This document shows, in pieces, positions 31,200 through 41,554 of a DNA stretch of 64,000 nucleotides. The notes beneath the pieces were generated by a model, which was given only the letters and a program-made list of their open reading frames with translations, had not been told where the DNA came from and did not search any database. The position numbers and the translations under genes are program-made. Positions within the stretch are counted from its first letter, which is position 1, and every line of letters begins with the position of its first letter. The stretch comes from an uncultured delta proteobacterium (GTDB lineage: Bacteria > Desulfobacterota > Desulfobacteria > Desulfobacterales > JAFDCJ01), in contig CAVYNY010000010.1 of assembly GCA_963769935.1 (NCBI GenBank), positions 384,001 through 448,000 on the forward strand. The letters are read 5' to 3'.

Positions 31200-32042
31200 A
31201 TGATTGTATCATTTCATTCAATAATTGAAGCCGACAAAAATATTATCTGCGCCGGGCGTGAGCCCAATGCAGCGGATCTTGCGGCTATCAAGGCCGCCCA
31301 AGCGGTAATCTTGAACCAGGGATGCGGCCGATCATTGTATGAAGCGGCCCGGGCCAACTGTCCGAATGTATTTCCGAATTATGATGCCAAGTTTAAATAC
31401 CCGGGAAAAATCGGTCAGATAAAGCTTTTCCGGAAAATCAATATTTGCCATCCATCAACCAAAATTTATCCGGATATCGCTTCGTTTCAGACACAATATG
31501 ATCAGAAACCCCATCCCTTGCCCTGGTCGTATCCGATTGTTTTTAAATTGGACTGGGGCGGTGAGGGGGAAACAGTATACCTGGTAAACTCAACCGAAAA
31601 CCTGCAAAAAAGACTGAAGCAAACCGCTGAGTATGAAAAATCGGGACAAACCGGATTTTTACTGCAGGAATATGTTCCATCCAACAACAAGTCCCTGCGG
31701 GTTGTGGCCATCGGACAGCGTCTAATTTCCTACTGGCGCATTCAGCAAAACATCGATGTTTTCCATGCCAGCTTGAGCAAAGGGGCTGTAATAGTTTCAA
31801 AGGCGCATCCTGAACTTCAGCATAAAGCAAGGGCAGTTGTCAGGCAAATTTGCCAAAAAACGGGCATTAATTTGGCCGGCTTCGATGTTATCTTTTCATC
31901 AGAAATTGAAGATCCCGAACCCATGCTGCTTGAAATAAACTACTTTTTTGGCAGAAAAGGCCTTGGCGGCTCGGAACCATACTATAAGATATTGCAGGAG
32001 GAAATCCGGACCTGGCTGGCAGAAATTAAGTTGATTTGTTAA
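31200..32042 (+). CDS. ATP-grasp protein, RimK/glutathione synthetase-like
   Basis: KLDWGGEGETV, LLQEYV, AGFDVI and LEINY motifs. Confidence 0.85.
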   Translation: MIVSFHSIIEADKNIICAGREPNAADLAAIKAAQAVILNQGCGRSLYEAARANCPNVFPNYDAKFKYPGKIGQIKLFRKINICHPSTKIYPDIASFQTQYDQKPHPLPWSYPIVFKLDWGGEGETVYLVNSTENLQKRLKQTAEYEKSGQTGFLLQEYVPSNNKSLRVVAIGQRLISYWRIQQNIDVFHASLSKGAVIVSKAHPELQHKARAVVRQICQKTGINLAGFDVIFSSEIEDPEPMLLEINYFFGRKGLGGSEPYYKILQEEIRTWLAEIKLIC

Positions 32043-32086
32043 TTGGTTGATTCGTTGGATCTGCTATTTTTCAGGGCGGATTAATT

Positions 32087-32407
32087 ATGAAACACCAGAA
32101 GACCATAAACCCCTTTGCCTATGATCTGGGCCAGGAAGACCTCAAACGGGAGCGCAGCAAAGCCAGAATACTGCGCGATTCTCAGTGGTGGAAACGGCGC
32201 CTGGCGAAAGGTATCTGCCATTACTGCGGCCGACCGGCCTTGCCAAAAGAATTGACCATGGATCACATTGTGCCCATATCGCGCGGCGGCAAAAGCACCA
32301 AAAGCAACGTAGTGCCCTGCTGCAAAGAATGCAACAACGCCAAAAAACAACTGCTCCCCATGGAGTGGGAACAATACCTGCAGCAGTTTGACCATACCTA
32401 CTCGTAA
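32087..32407 (+). CDS. HNH endonuclease-domain protein
   Basis: CHYCG, MDHIVPISRGG and NVVPCCKECN motifs. Confidence 0.9.
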   Translation: MKHQKTINPFAYDLGQEDLKRERSKARILRDSQWWKRRLAKGICHYCGRPALPKELTMDHIVPISRGGKSTKSNVVPCCKECNNAKKQLLPMEWEQYLQQFDHTYS

Positions 32408-32606
32408 ATCCGTCGATCAAACTTTGTCCACCCGGATAACATTGAACATTCTCATCAGTTTCAAATTGGAAGGCTAAGTTTTATCCGTACCTGATAACGC
32501 TATTTTTCAGGGCGAAGCAATTATACCTCAATAAACGGCTTAGAAAAATTTGAAACCCGTCAAGTTATATGCGATAATCCAAATGAAAAAAATTGTCCTG
32601 GATTGC

Positions 32607-32635
32607 TGAACCCTGAACCATTGAACCCTGGACCC
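32607..32635. repeat. Degenerate 7-8-mer tandem repeat
   Basis: TGAACCC TGAACCA TTGAACCC TGGACCC. Confidence 0.5.
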
Positions 32636-32653
32636 AGACAACCTTTTATCAGA

Positions 32654-35600
32654 ATGAAAATCACCTGTCCAAACTGCCAAAAAAAATACAGCCTCGATAA
32701 AGCCAGGCTGCCGTCCGGTGTCAAAACCGCAAAATGCAAAGCTTGCGGTCAACTCATCCCCCTGGATCCATCTTCTCCGCAGCCGTCGGGCGGTCAACCC
32801 GTCCTCTTCAGGATCACCTGCCGTTACTGCGGCCGGAACTATAGCCTGCGGCAAAACAAGGTTCCCGCCCATGCAATAAGCTTTAAATGTAAAGTCTGCG
32901 GACACCCGGTGCCATTAAAGCAGAAGGCCGGCTTGGCATTGATTGACCCACTGAAAAAAGAAACATCAGCCCACCACCCTGATACGTCGGCAAGTGAACC
33001 GCGCCGGCCGGATTCCGGGCGGCAGGATATTCTGGATCTTTTATGTGCCGGTTGCGGCAAAAAATTTAAAATCCCTCGTGACAAGATTTCACCGCAATCC
33101 ACAGCGGTCAAATGCGGGACCTGCGGGCACAAAATTTCATTGCCGCCGGCCGAGGCCGAGCCGGCAACCGGTGACCACCCCCAGTCCGAAGCGCAGCTGG
33201 TTGCAGCATCTGCCGTCAAATCGGATCTGATGCCGGCGGAAGAGCCGCCGGTCATTCAGCGCTCCGGTAAAAAAAAGTGGTTGCTGGCGCTGGCGGCCGG
33301 CGTTGCGGTGGTGGTGATTTTGGGAGCATTGGCGAGTCGTCAAATTGTCAATTCGGACTGGCTGTATCACTTGCTCCCCGGCAAATCCGAGCAAACAACC
33401 GAACCCACCGAAGCGGCTCAACTATTGGCAAAAGAACCGTTTCTGGCTTTAAACCTGAACGTTCCCTTGATCCTCGATGCACTGGAAAACCGCCTGCAGC
33501 CTGATAAAAAAACACCCCGTTTGCAGATGATCATGACGATGCTGGCGTCCATGGATCTAAAACAGGTTGAGCTCTACCTGTACTCCGCCGCCCAAAACCG
33601 GGTAATGCCTGTAATTCTGGCACATGGCAGCAACCGGCGCCAGCTTGAAAATATCATTGACAGTCAGGAGCCGTTTAATAAATATCTCAGGCGCCGGTCG
33701 GGCGGCAGTTATCGCCTGAATACAGAAGCTTTGGGCGATGCGCAAAAATACAGTCTGTCGCTCCAACCCTATGAAGTAACATTAATCGACGGAGGTGTTG
33801 CACTGGCACCGGTGTCATTTTCCGGTACAATCAGAAAAGATCCGCAGCTTTTAACCAATTCACGGGTCGCCGGGTTCGCCCAATCCATCGCGACGCCCGA
33901 CGATCTGGCCGCAATCGCCATCCGGATACCCGCCGAGATTAACCCGGGATGGGAAAAGGAAATTCAAAATCATCCCGCCGTGCAGTCAATGCCTCAGGCT
34001 GCCATGATAGCCGGCATGGGCGCCGCAATGTTGTCCCGGCTCACCGGATCCTTGAAATCCTTAGAACTCCTGGCCCTGGGATTCCGTTTCAGCGGACAAA
34101 ATGAGCGGGTGCTGACCTACGCCCAGCAATTTAGACCGGGCATAGACGGCGAAAAAATATACCGCCGGCTTGCGGCCGAAAATTCGACAGAGCCGGAAAT
34201 CGATGTCATTATCGCAAATCTCATCGCCTTATTTCAGGATCACCGCTACCGCCACACGCTCAATTTCCATGGAAACCGCCTGGACATAGGATTTAGCTGG
34301 TCCAACCAGGATGATAAAGCCTTTTTGACAGCGCTGACGACCGCCACCGTCAGCCAGCTTTTTGCAGGGAGCATGGAGTTGACCCCTAGTCCGGAAACCG
34401 TTGAAACTCAATACATACCGGAACCTGATTTAGTGGCGGCCGTTGACGTCGACCGACTCAAAGCCGGAATCGCTCACATGATCGGCGACAGCCTGTTCCC
34501 TGGTAATTTTTGGAGTTCGGGCGACAATCCGGTGATGACGCTGGAGCTGGATACGGTCGATATGCCCAATGCTGCTCTGGCGGAATTGACCTATGCCGTG
34601 AAAACCATTCGAACAGTCGACGGCAAAGATGTCTTGCGGGATGAAGCAAGCAAATTTAAGCCCTCGCTTCAGCCCGGCAGTCTTTTCCCCGGCAACATTT
34701 CACTGAATATAAGGAAAGACACGTCACCGGACACCCTGGCAACGGCGACTATCGATTTCGATCTGTCCGTACCGGCCGCCCTTGAGACTTTTGAATTTAG
34801 AATGGGGGATAAAGCGGGCAGCGCAAAAGAAGTCGACGGCATTCGGGTCACCTTGGGCCGGCTTGAAAAAGACGTCGCCTATGTCAGCAGCAGCAGCGGA
34901 AAATCCATCCGGCTGATAGCCTACGATCAAAGTGGCAATGCCCTGGCCTCAAAAGAATCCTTGAGTTCTTCAACTTCGGCTTCGGCGCGCTTTCAGGGCA
35001 TTATCGACACCCTCAAGGTCGTGGTCATTCGTGATATGCTGGCGTACCCTTTTGAAGTTGAGGTTGATTTAAATGGGGGAAAAGCGTTGGCCCTGGCGCG
35101 GCAAGCTGAAATTCCGGCCCGGATCCGATACAACCATCATCCGGTTCCGGCCTATGTTGATTTTACGTCCGAAGATACGGAAAAACTCAGCGTAAAATGG
35201 ACTGAAGGACAGCCGGACGCTTGGAACGACCGTCTCTCCATTAAGCTTCCCCGGGGACCTTTCAGTGGTAATGCCATCTGGGAAGTTCATTTTTTCGGCC
35301 ATGCGAAACCGCAGTTTTTGGCCGGCAGTTCAGTGCAGAGTGATAGGGAAGTCAGCTACACCCTTGACAAGGGCTTACTTGAAAAAGCCAGCGCCGCCTT
35401 TGGCAAAGTTCAACTCAATCTTCATTCAAATATCAAAAGATTAACTTTTCTCAAGAAGGAGCGTATCCAAACGGCCGTCCAGGAGCTTCCTTCCGGTGAT
35501 GAGGTTTCAGTTGCCTTCGACCAAAACGAAATCACATACAGCACCGGCAAGGCCGAGGTCATCCAGACCGCAGCCTACGATGCCCGGGGCAAACGTTTAA

Positions 35601-36268
35601 AGGCGGACCCCTATACCCGCAACAAAGCGGACAAGCGAATTATTTATTTCTGGGGAGTTCCGGCTAAATTTGAAATTGATGTTTCCACGACGACGATAAA
35701 AAAATTGATACCATTTGAAATCAAGCAGCGTCCGGTGGATGAAAAATCCTACCTGGCATACCGGCAGCTCATCGAAAATCAACATGAAGTCGTTAAAACC
35801 ATCAAAGCCATCGATCGGGCCAGACGCGGTGACCGCTCCTATTACGGTGATGATCTGGCGGGGCTCTATTACCTGTATGACCAGAAAAATAATTCACCGA
35901 TGAGGCTGATCAGTCAAGATGTGGCCCATTCGGATCCCGCCGGGCAAAAGCGATTCGGCTACCAAGTCAAAGCCTATAAAGGATACTTTTTCACAGTGCT
36001 GTCCGGCATTGAGACCAACGGCGCCGATAAGCCCTATAATCACCGTTTAAAAAAATCCAGCTTCACCTGGCAAAATGGAACCATCACCACAACAGCCCTT
36101 ACCCGCCATCCGGACCTGGCGGCCATTCCCGAAGACGATACCCAACCCACCTTCTTTTTACAGTGGGGGCAGGTTTTCATGAAGCCCTTAAATGGAGAAA
36201 AACTCGAGTATCTGCCCGATGGGTATTACAACAAAGGCTGGGTAGAGGCAAAATTCATTGAGAATTGA
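32654..36268 (+). CDS. Large membrane-anchored protein with three N-terminal zinc-ribbon (MJ0042-like) domains
   Basis: CPNC..CKAC, CRYC..CKVC, CAGC..CGTC, then one TM (KKKWLLALAAGVAVVVILGAL) and a ~970-aa C-terminal region. Confidence 0.85.
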   Translation: MKITCPNCQKKYSLDKARLPSGVKTAKCKACGQLIPLDPSSPQPSGGQPVLFRITCRYCGRNYSLRQNKVPAHAISFKCKVCGHPVPLKQKAGLALIDPLKKETSAHHPDTSASEPRRPDSGRQDILDLLCAGCGKKFKIPRDKISPQSTAVKCGTCGHKISLPPAEAEPATGDHPQSEAQLVAASAVKSDLMPAEEPPVIQRSGKKKWLLALAAGVAVVVILGALASRQIVNSDWLYHLLPGKSEQTTEPTEAAQLLAKEPFLALNLNVPLILDALENRLQPDKKTPRLQMIMTMLASMDLKQVELYLYSAAQNRVMPVILAHGSNRRQLENIIDSQEPFNKYLRRRSGGSYRLNTEALGDAQKYSLSLQPYEVTLIDGGVALAPVSFSGTIRKDPQLLTNSRVAGFAQSIATPDDLAAIAIRIPAEINPGWEKEIQNHPAVQSMPQAAMIAGMGAAMLSRLTGSLKSLELLALGFRFSGQNERVLTYAQQFRPGIDGEKIYRRLAAENSTEPEIDVIIANLIALFQDHRYRHTLNFHGNRLDIGFSWSNQDDKAFLTALTTATVSQLFAGSMELTPSPETVETQYIPEPDLVAAVDVDRLKAGIAHMIGDSLFPGNFWSSGDNPVMTLELDTVDMPNAALAELTYAVKTIRTVDGKDVLRDEASKFKPSLQPGSLFPGNISLNIRKDTSPDTLATATIDFDLSVPAALETFEFRMGDKAGSAKEVDGIRVTLGRLEKDVAYVSSSSGKSIRLIAYDQSGNALASKESLSSSTSASARFQGIIDTLKVVVIRDMLAYPFEVEVDLNGGKALALARQAEIPARIRYNHHPVPAYVDFTSEDTEKLSVKWTEGQPDAWNDRLSIKLPRGPFSGNAIWEVHFFGHAKPQFLAGSSVQSDREVSYTLDKGLLEKASAAFGKVQLNLHSNIKRLTFLKKERIQTAVQELPSGDEVSVAFDQNEITYSTGKAEVIQTAAYDARGKRLKADPYTRNKADKRIIYFWGVPAKFEIDVSTTTIKKLIPFEIKQRPVDEKSYLAYRQLIENQHEVVKTIKAIDRARRGDRSYYGDDLAGLYYLYDQKNNSPMRLISQDVAHSDPAGQKRFGYQVKAYKGYFFTVLSGIETNGADKPYNHRLKKSSFTWQNGTITTTALTRHPDLAAIPEDDTQPTFFLQWGQVFMKPLNGEKLEYLPDGYYNKGWVEAKFIEN

Positions 36269-36299
36269 AGAACGCGGCCGATGTTCTTCTGAAGTTGCT

Positions 36300-36593
36300 T
36301 CATCCAGCCGGGTCCTCGAATTTTTCATCGGGCTCATCCAATTGCAGAATTTTTTTTGCGCGCTGCTTTCTTATGATAATGAAGCAGATGGTGAGCGTCA
36401 GCAGAATCACCATCGGAAGAAACAGCTCTGCCATCAACAGATGGCCTTCCGCAGACGACACCTCTGCGGCGGCGATCCGCTCTATTCTTTCATTTTTACT
36501 GATTCGCGTATGAATGGTTACGGCCGCGGCTCCAAGGTAAACTACAACAAACAGCAGCGCGATGATACACAGTCGTTTTTCAAATCTGGTCAT
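36300..36593 (-). CDS. Small two-TM hypothetical protein
   Basis: Two hydrophobic helices. GAGG upstream of MTRFEKR. Confidence 0.6.
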   Translation of the reverse strand: MTRFEKRLCIIALLFVVVYLGAAAVTIHTRISKNERIERIAAAEVSSAEGHLLMAELFLPMVILLTLTICFIIIRKQRAKKILQLDEPDEKFEDPAG

Positions 36594-36713
36594 GCCCAAT
36601 AAATCCTCATCATCAAGAATCGGCTCTGCCTTCAAATATTCGATATTTTTCTTTATTATACTGCAATTTTTTTTTATTGAATACAATTGAATATACCGCA
36701 AAAGGAGGATGAA

Positions 36714-37964
36714 ATGAAGGCTCAAAAGATTCACTATGGTTGGATCGTGATTTTTGCAGGACTTCTGACAACGATCGCCGCCCATGGTTTCGGTCGCATG
36801 TCCTATACCATCATACTGCCGGCCATGAAAGACGGACTTAAATTTAATTACACCCAGCTGGGGCTTTTGGGCACCGGAAACTTCATTGGTTATTTGACGA
36901 TGGCAATTGTCGGAGGATTCCTGGCGGCCCGGTTTGGAACGCGCATTGTTATTACCTTGGCCCTGATTCTGATGGGAATAACTATGATTTTGACCGGCCT
37001 GGCCCAATCTTTTGGATTTGCATTTGCCATGCGACTATTGACCGGCCTGGGCAACGGCGCTTCATATGTGCCGGCCATGGCACTGGGCTCGGCCTGGTTT
37101 GCTATGAAAAAGCGCGGGTTCGCCACCGGAATTGTTTCCGCCGGAATCGGAGCCGGCACGTTGATTTCAGGATTGCTGGTACCGTCTATTTTAGCTGCTT
37201 TCGGACCCAACGGCTGGCGATTTTCCTGGTACATATTAGGAGGGGCTGTTTTGGTGATTTCCGGAGTTGTATTTTTATTTGTCCGCAGCCGTCCGGAAGA
37301 AAAAGGGCTGCAGCTGGTGGGTGCCGAGGAAACCGAAGCGATCCACGCAGCTTCCCCGGAAGCAAAAAAAGCGTCTTCTTTTCAATGGACCGGCATCATT
37401 AAAACGGGGGCCGTCTGGTATCTGGGTCTGGTGTATTTTTTCTACGGTCTTTCATACATCATTTACATGGTTTTTTTTGCCGCATATCTGGTCAAAGAAA
37501 TGGGATTCAGCCAGGAAGCCGCCGGCGGCTTGTGGGCGCTGGTAGGGGGATTGAGCATTTTTTGCGGGGTGATCTGGGGCAGCATATCCGACCGCCTGGG
37601 GCGAAGCAAAGGTGCGGCCTTGGCCTACCTGGTGCTGGGACTTTCCTACATCATCTACGCCTTAGTCAAGGTAAAATTTGGTTTTTACCTTTCAGGCGTG
37701 TTATTCGGCCTGACCGCCTGGAGCATTCCAACGATTATGGCTGCTGCTGCCGGAGATTTAGTGGGACCGCGTCTGGCACCGGCCGGACTGGGTTTTATTA
37801 CTTTGTTTTTCGGCATCGGCCAGGCTATAGGACCTGCTCTGGGAGGATACCTGGCCGATGCCACGCAGTCGTTTACGCTGCCGTTCTTAATGGCCGGCGG
37901 AATTTCATTTATCGGCATGGTGTTGTCTTTTTATCTAAAAAAGGCGAATTTTGCGCCGGTATAA
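36714..37964 (+). CDS. MFS transporter
   Basis: About 12 TMs, motif A GFLAARFGTR and GSISDRLGR. AGGAGG SD. Confidence 0.93.
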   Translation: MKAQKIHYGWIVIFAGLLTTIAAHGFGRMSYTIILPAMKDGLKFNYTQLGLLGTGNFIGYLTMAIVGGFLAARFGTRIVITLALILMGITMILTGLAQSFGFAFAMRLLTGLGNGASYVPAMALGSAWFAMKKRGFATGIVSAGIGAGTLISGLLVPSILAAFGPNGWRFSWYILGGAVLVISGVVFLFVRSRPEEKGLQLVGAEETEAIHAASPEAKKASSFQWTGIIKTGAVWYLGLVYFFYGLSYIIYMVFFAAYLVKEMGFSQEAAGGLWALVGGLSIFCGVIWGSISDRLGRSKGAALAYLVLGLSYIIYALVKVKFGFYLSGVLFGLTAWSIPTIMAAAAGDLVGPRLAPAGLGFITLFFGIGQAIGPALGGYLADATQSFTLPFLMAGGISFIGMVLSFYLKKANFAPV

Positions 37965-38055
37965 AACAAGCCGAATCCTTCCGACAACAAAGCCGAATTA
38001 TCCGAACTTAAATGTCCTATTTCCAAAAACAGCTAAATATCTTAAGGGAGGCGCC

Positions 38056-39327
38056 ATGTTTTACGAGCCATTAATGACCGAAGAGGAAAAGGCTATTCAG
38101 CAGGAAGTCCGAAAATTCGTGCGCGATGAAGTTTCCCACGATTTTATCCGCGCCCTTGATCGGGACGAAATCAAATACCCCCGGGAATATGTCGAGAATC
38201 TGGCGGCGCACAACCTGCTGGGCCTGCGGTTTGATCCCCAATGGGGGGGACGGGGCCTGCCGTGGACCTCTGAAGTCATCGCCGAAGAGGAAATCGGTGT
38301 ACTTGGAAACACACTGGGCTGCGCCTTTGTGATGCCGTCCATCGTCGGTGAAGCGCTGCATGTGTTCGGCACCGAAGATCAGAAAACGCGGTTTTTAAAG
38401 CCTATCTTAGCGGCCCGGATGATCTGTGCCGAAGCGCTTACCGAACCTCGCGGGGGATCGGATTTTTTCGGTGCCACGACGCGTGCGGAGGACAAAGGGG
38501 ACCATTTTTTGCTGAACGGGCAGAAACGCTTTGTGGTGGGCGCCACCGAAGCGGATGTTTTTTTGGTGTATTGCCGCACGAACTTTGATGAAAAGGCGCA
38601 TAAATATCAGCGCATCAGCGCCATCATGGTTGAACGTGGACCGGGCGTGGAAACGGAATACCAATACGGACTGCTGGGCACCAGGGGCGGCGGCACAGGC
38701 CGCTTGGTATTCAGAAACGTAAAGGTTCCCAAGGAAAACCTGATCGGAGAACTGCACAGCGGGGCGCTGATATTTAACCGGATGATGATCCCGGAACGCC
38801 TGACATCGGCCGCCGCAAGTCTGGGCGTGCGCGCGGCCCTCGAAGTCGCGGTTAAATACAGTGAAAAGCGCTTTGCCTTCGGAAGGGCCATTCGGCGGTT
38901 TCAAGCGGTACAGTTTATGGTCGCCGACGCCATCACCCGGTTGGATGCTGCAAGATCCTTGGTATATATGGCCGCCCGGGCGGCGGATGCCGGTGCAAAA
39001 AATGTCCGCCGCATCGTCAGCGAGGCCAAACGTTTTGCGACGGACGCCGGCTGGGAGATTGCCAACCAAGCCATGCAGATCATGGGCGGTATCGGCTACA
39101 CGGATGTCTATCCCATTGAAAAAATGGTCAGAGACATTCGGCTGAGCCAGATTTGGACCGGCACCAACGAGATAATGAATCTGTTGATTCAGCACGAATA
39201 CTACCAGGAAGTTTTACAAGGTGCGGAGGAAGTGCGCAATGTGGAGCTGGATGCCACCAACTATATGGATGAGGCCGAGAAATGCTTCACCGACGAGGAT
39301 ATGTGGAATGTGCACGAAAGCCGTTGA
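38056..39327 (+). CDS. Acyl-CoA dehydrogenase family protein (IVD/LCAD-type catalytic Glu position)
   Basis: ALTEPRGGSD, LNGQKRF, QIMGGIGY. IWTGTNE lacks the MCAD-type Glu while PERL keeps the IVD-type Glu. Confidence 0.93.
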   Translation: MFYEPLMTEEEKAIQQEVRKFVRDEVSHDFIRALDRDEIKYPREYVENLAAHNLLGLRFDPQWGGRGLPWTSEVIAEEEIGVLGNTLGCAFVMPSIVGEALHVFGTEDQKTRFLKPILAARMICAEALTEPRGGSDFFGATTRAEDKGDHFLLNGQKRFVVGATEADVFLVYCRTNFDEKAHKYQRISAIMVERGPGVETEYQYGLLGTRGGGTGRLVFRNVKVPKENLIGELHSGALIFNRMMIPERLTSAAASLGVRAALEVAVKYSEKRFAFGRAIRRFQAVQFMVADAITRLDAARSLVYMAARAADAGAKNVRRIVSEAKRFATDAGWEIANQAMQIMGGIGYTDVYPIEKMVRDIRLSQIWTGTNEIMNLLIQHEYYQEVLQGAEEVRNVELDATNYMDEAEKCFTDEDMWNVHESR

Positions 39328-39476
39328 TAATCATATCCTTTAAAATAGAAGCAGATTCAATTTAACTTGACCCGTGACAAGGGATGTTGCATGTAGTGGA
39401 TGGAAATTTTTTAATTCAATGTTGAAATTGAAAGAATGGTTGTTAATGATAATCATTGTAAAATTGGGGTTGCATC

Positions 39477-40445
39477 ATGACAGAGCTGTCACGTCCATTA
39501 TCCTCAGCCATTGAAGCGATCGGCAATACGCCCCTCGTTGAGCTGTCCCGGCTCACCCGCGGGATAGATGGTCGCATTCTAGCCAAATTGGAATACCTCA
39601 ATCCCGGCTACTCAAAGAAAGATCGCATTGCACGCCAGATGATTGAAGATGCGGAAACCTCCGGCGCGCTGAAGCCCGGCCAGACCGTGGTGGAGTTGAC
39701 CAGCGGCAATACGGGCACCGGCCTGGCCATCGTCTGCGGGATTAAAGGATATCCCTTTGTGGCCGTGATGTCCAAAGGCAATTCTATCGAAAGAGCCCGG
39801 ATGATGTCCGCCCTGGGCGCCGAAGTAATCCTGGTCGACCAACTGCCGGACTCGGTATCCGGCCAGGTCTCCGGTGCCGACCTCGAGCTGGTGGAACAGG
39901 AGACCGTTAAAATCGTCCGGCAACGCCAGGCATTTCGTGCCGATCAATTTCGCCTGCAAAGTAATTTCCGGGCCCACTACCTTAACACCGGGCCGGAAAT
40001 TATTCGCCAGGCCGGCGGTAAGATCGATGTATTCTGCGATTTCGCCGGCACCGGCGGAACGTTTGCCGGATGTGCCGCGGCTTTAAAGGAACACAATCCG
40101 CAGACCAAATGTTTTATCGTGGAACCGGAGGGCGCTGCCATCCTGGCTGGTGAAGCCGTGACCTTTCCCAACCATCGCATCCAAGGCGGCGGTTACGCCA
40201 TGGCTCATTTACCCCTGCTGATCCGGGAACACATAGACGGATACCGGCAGGTTTCCGATGAGCAGGCCATCGAAACTGCGCGCCGACTGGCCGCAGAAGA
40301 GGGAATCTTTGCCGGCTTTTCATCGGGGGCCAATGTCGCCGCAGCCATGGATTTACTGCAGACTTCTTTTAAGAATAAAACCGCCGTTGTTTTAATGTGT
40401 GATTCCGGCCTGAAGTATCTGAGTACGGACCTCTGGCAGCCGTAA
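39477..40445 (+). CDS. PLP-dependent cysteine synthase family protein
   Basis: IGNTPLV, NPGYSKKDRIA, TSGNTG, GTGGT and YLST motifs. Confidence 0.92.
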   Translation: MTELSRPLSSAIEAIGNTPLVELSRLTRGIDGRILAKLEYLNPGYSKKDRIARQMIEDAETSGALKPGQTVVELTSGNTGTGLAIVCGIKGYPFVAVMSKGNSIERARMMSALGAEVILVDQLPDSVSGQVSGADLELVEQETVKIVRQRQAFRADQFRLQSNFRAHYLNTGPEIIRQAGGKIDVFCDFAGTGGTFAGCAAALKEHNPQTKCFIVEPEGAAILAGEAVTFPNHRIQGGGYAMAHLPLLIREHIDGYRQVSDEQAIETARRLAAEEGIFAGFSSGANVAAAMDLLQTSFKNKTAVVLMCDSGLKYLSTDLWQP

Positions 40446-40562
40446 AAAATTTCTTAATAATTACAGATAGATAGATTGCATTAATTTGAGGATGTTAATT
40501 TTTTTATACGTCTGGAAAGGATTCCTCAAATATTCGATATTCAATCGAAAATATTCAATCCT

Positions 40563-41543
40563 TTAGTCCGGTTGGTAGGGCTTGCCCAGCGAAGAGGGCG
40601 CCAGGCCCGAAAAGAAATCTAGCAGTTTTTTAATGCGAGCTTTGTTTTCGGCCCAGCGCAAAATGAAATCTTTCTGGGCGAGCGACATGATCAAAAGGGT
40701 GAATATCATCAGCGGGAAGGGGGCCACTTGAAAAACTTGTGAAGGAACCGACGGCAGCCACTCCTGAAAATAGATCCCCAGCACCTGTAAAAATGCAAAT
40801 AAATAGGCACCGGCCGCAGCCTTAACCGGATGCCAGCCACCAAAAATGACCAGAGCCAGGGCAATCCAACCGGTTCCCTCGGCTCCTTGGGGCCGTCCCC
40901 AGCCGGTTTTGGTGGCAAGCGAAAAGGTCGCACCCGCCAGCCCCACCAGCAGGCCGCCGCCAATCGCATAAAACAGCTGCAGCTTTTGAGGGTTTATCCC
41001 CCTGGCATAGGAGGCCCGGGGGTGCTCGCCCACCGATCTTAAATTTAAGCCCCAGGGTGTATAGTAGATATACCACCATGCCAGTCCGATGATGATCAAA
41101 CTGAAATAGACCGGCAAATTGTGGTTGAAAAACACTTCGCCCAAAAACGGGATGTTGTGCAGCAAGGGAATCGGCTGGGGTCCAACCTGTGGTCCCGGTA
41201 ATCGCGAATAGGGATTGCCGATAAAATATGCCAAATCCCGGGTCATCAGGGTTAAGACGAACCCCACGGCCACCTGATTCTGGTGCAGATAAATGCTGAA
41301 GACCGCTACGGTCGCCGCCACCAAAGCCCCTACCGCCGCACCGCATAAAAACCCCAACATCAGGCTGTGGGTTTCAAAAGCGATCGCAAAGGCTGCCATG
41401 GCGCTTAGCAATATCGAGCCGTCCAACGATAGATTGATGAGACCGGCCTTTTCGGTAATGGTCTCTCCAACCGCCGCCAGCACGATCGGTGCGGCGGCGG
41501 CAACCACACTTGCCAGTAATATGGTTAAATCAAATCCAATCAT
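40563..41543 (-). CDS. Nucleoside/sugar ABC transporter permease (CUT2)
   Basis: EKAGLINLSLDG, GLNLRSVGEHP and GWIALALVIFGGW motifs. Confidence 0.9.
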   Translation of the reverse strand: MIGFDLTILLASVVAAAAPIVLAAVGETITEKAGLINLSLDGSILLSAMAAFAIAFETHSLMLGFLCGAAVGALVAATVAVFSIYLHQNQVAVGFVLTLMTRDLAYFIGNPYSRLPGPQVGPQPIPLLHNIPFLGEVFFNHNLPVYFSLIIIGLAWWYIYYTPWGLNLRSVGEHPRASYARGINPQKLQLFYAIGGGLLVGLAGATFSLATKTGWGRPQGAEGTGWIALALVIFGGWHPVKAAAGAYLFAFLQVLGIYFQEWLPSVPSQVFQVAPFPLMIFTLLIMSLAQKDFILRWAENKARIKKLLDFFSGLAPSSLGKPYQPD

Positions 41544-41554
41544 CGTAGAGTTAC

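Noticed and set aside
32087..32407. HNH gene as a mobile element or defence system
   Set aside because: A small stand-alone HNH with no intron, methylase, repeats or other defence neighbours.
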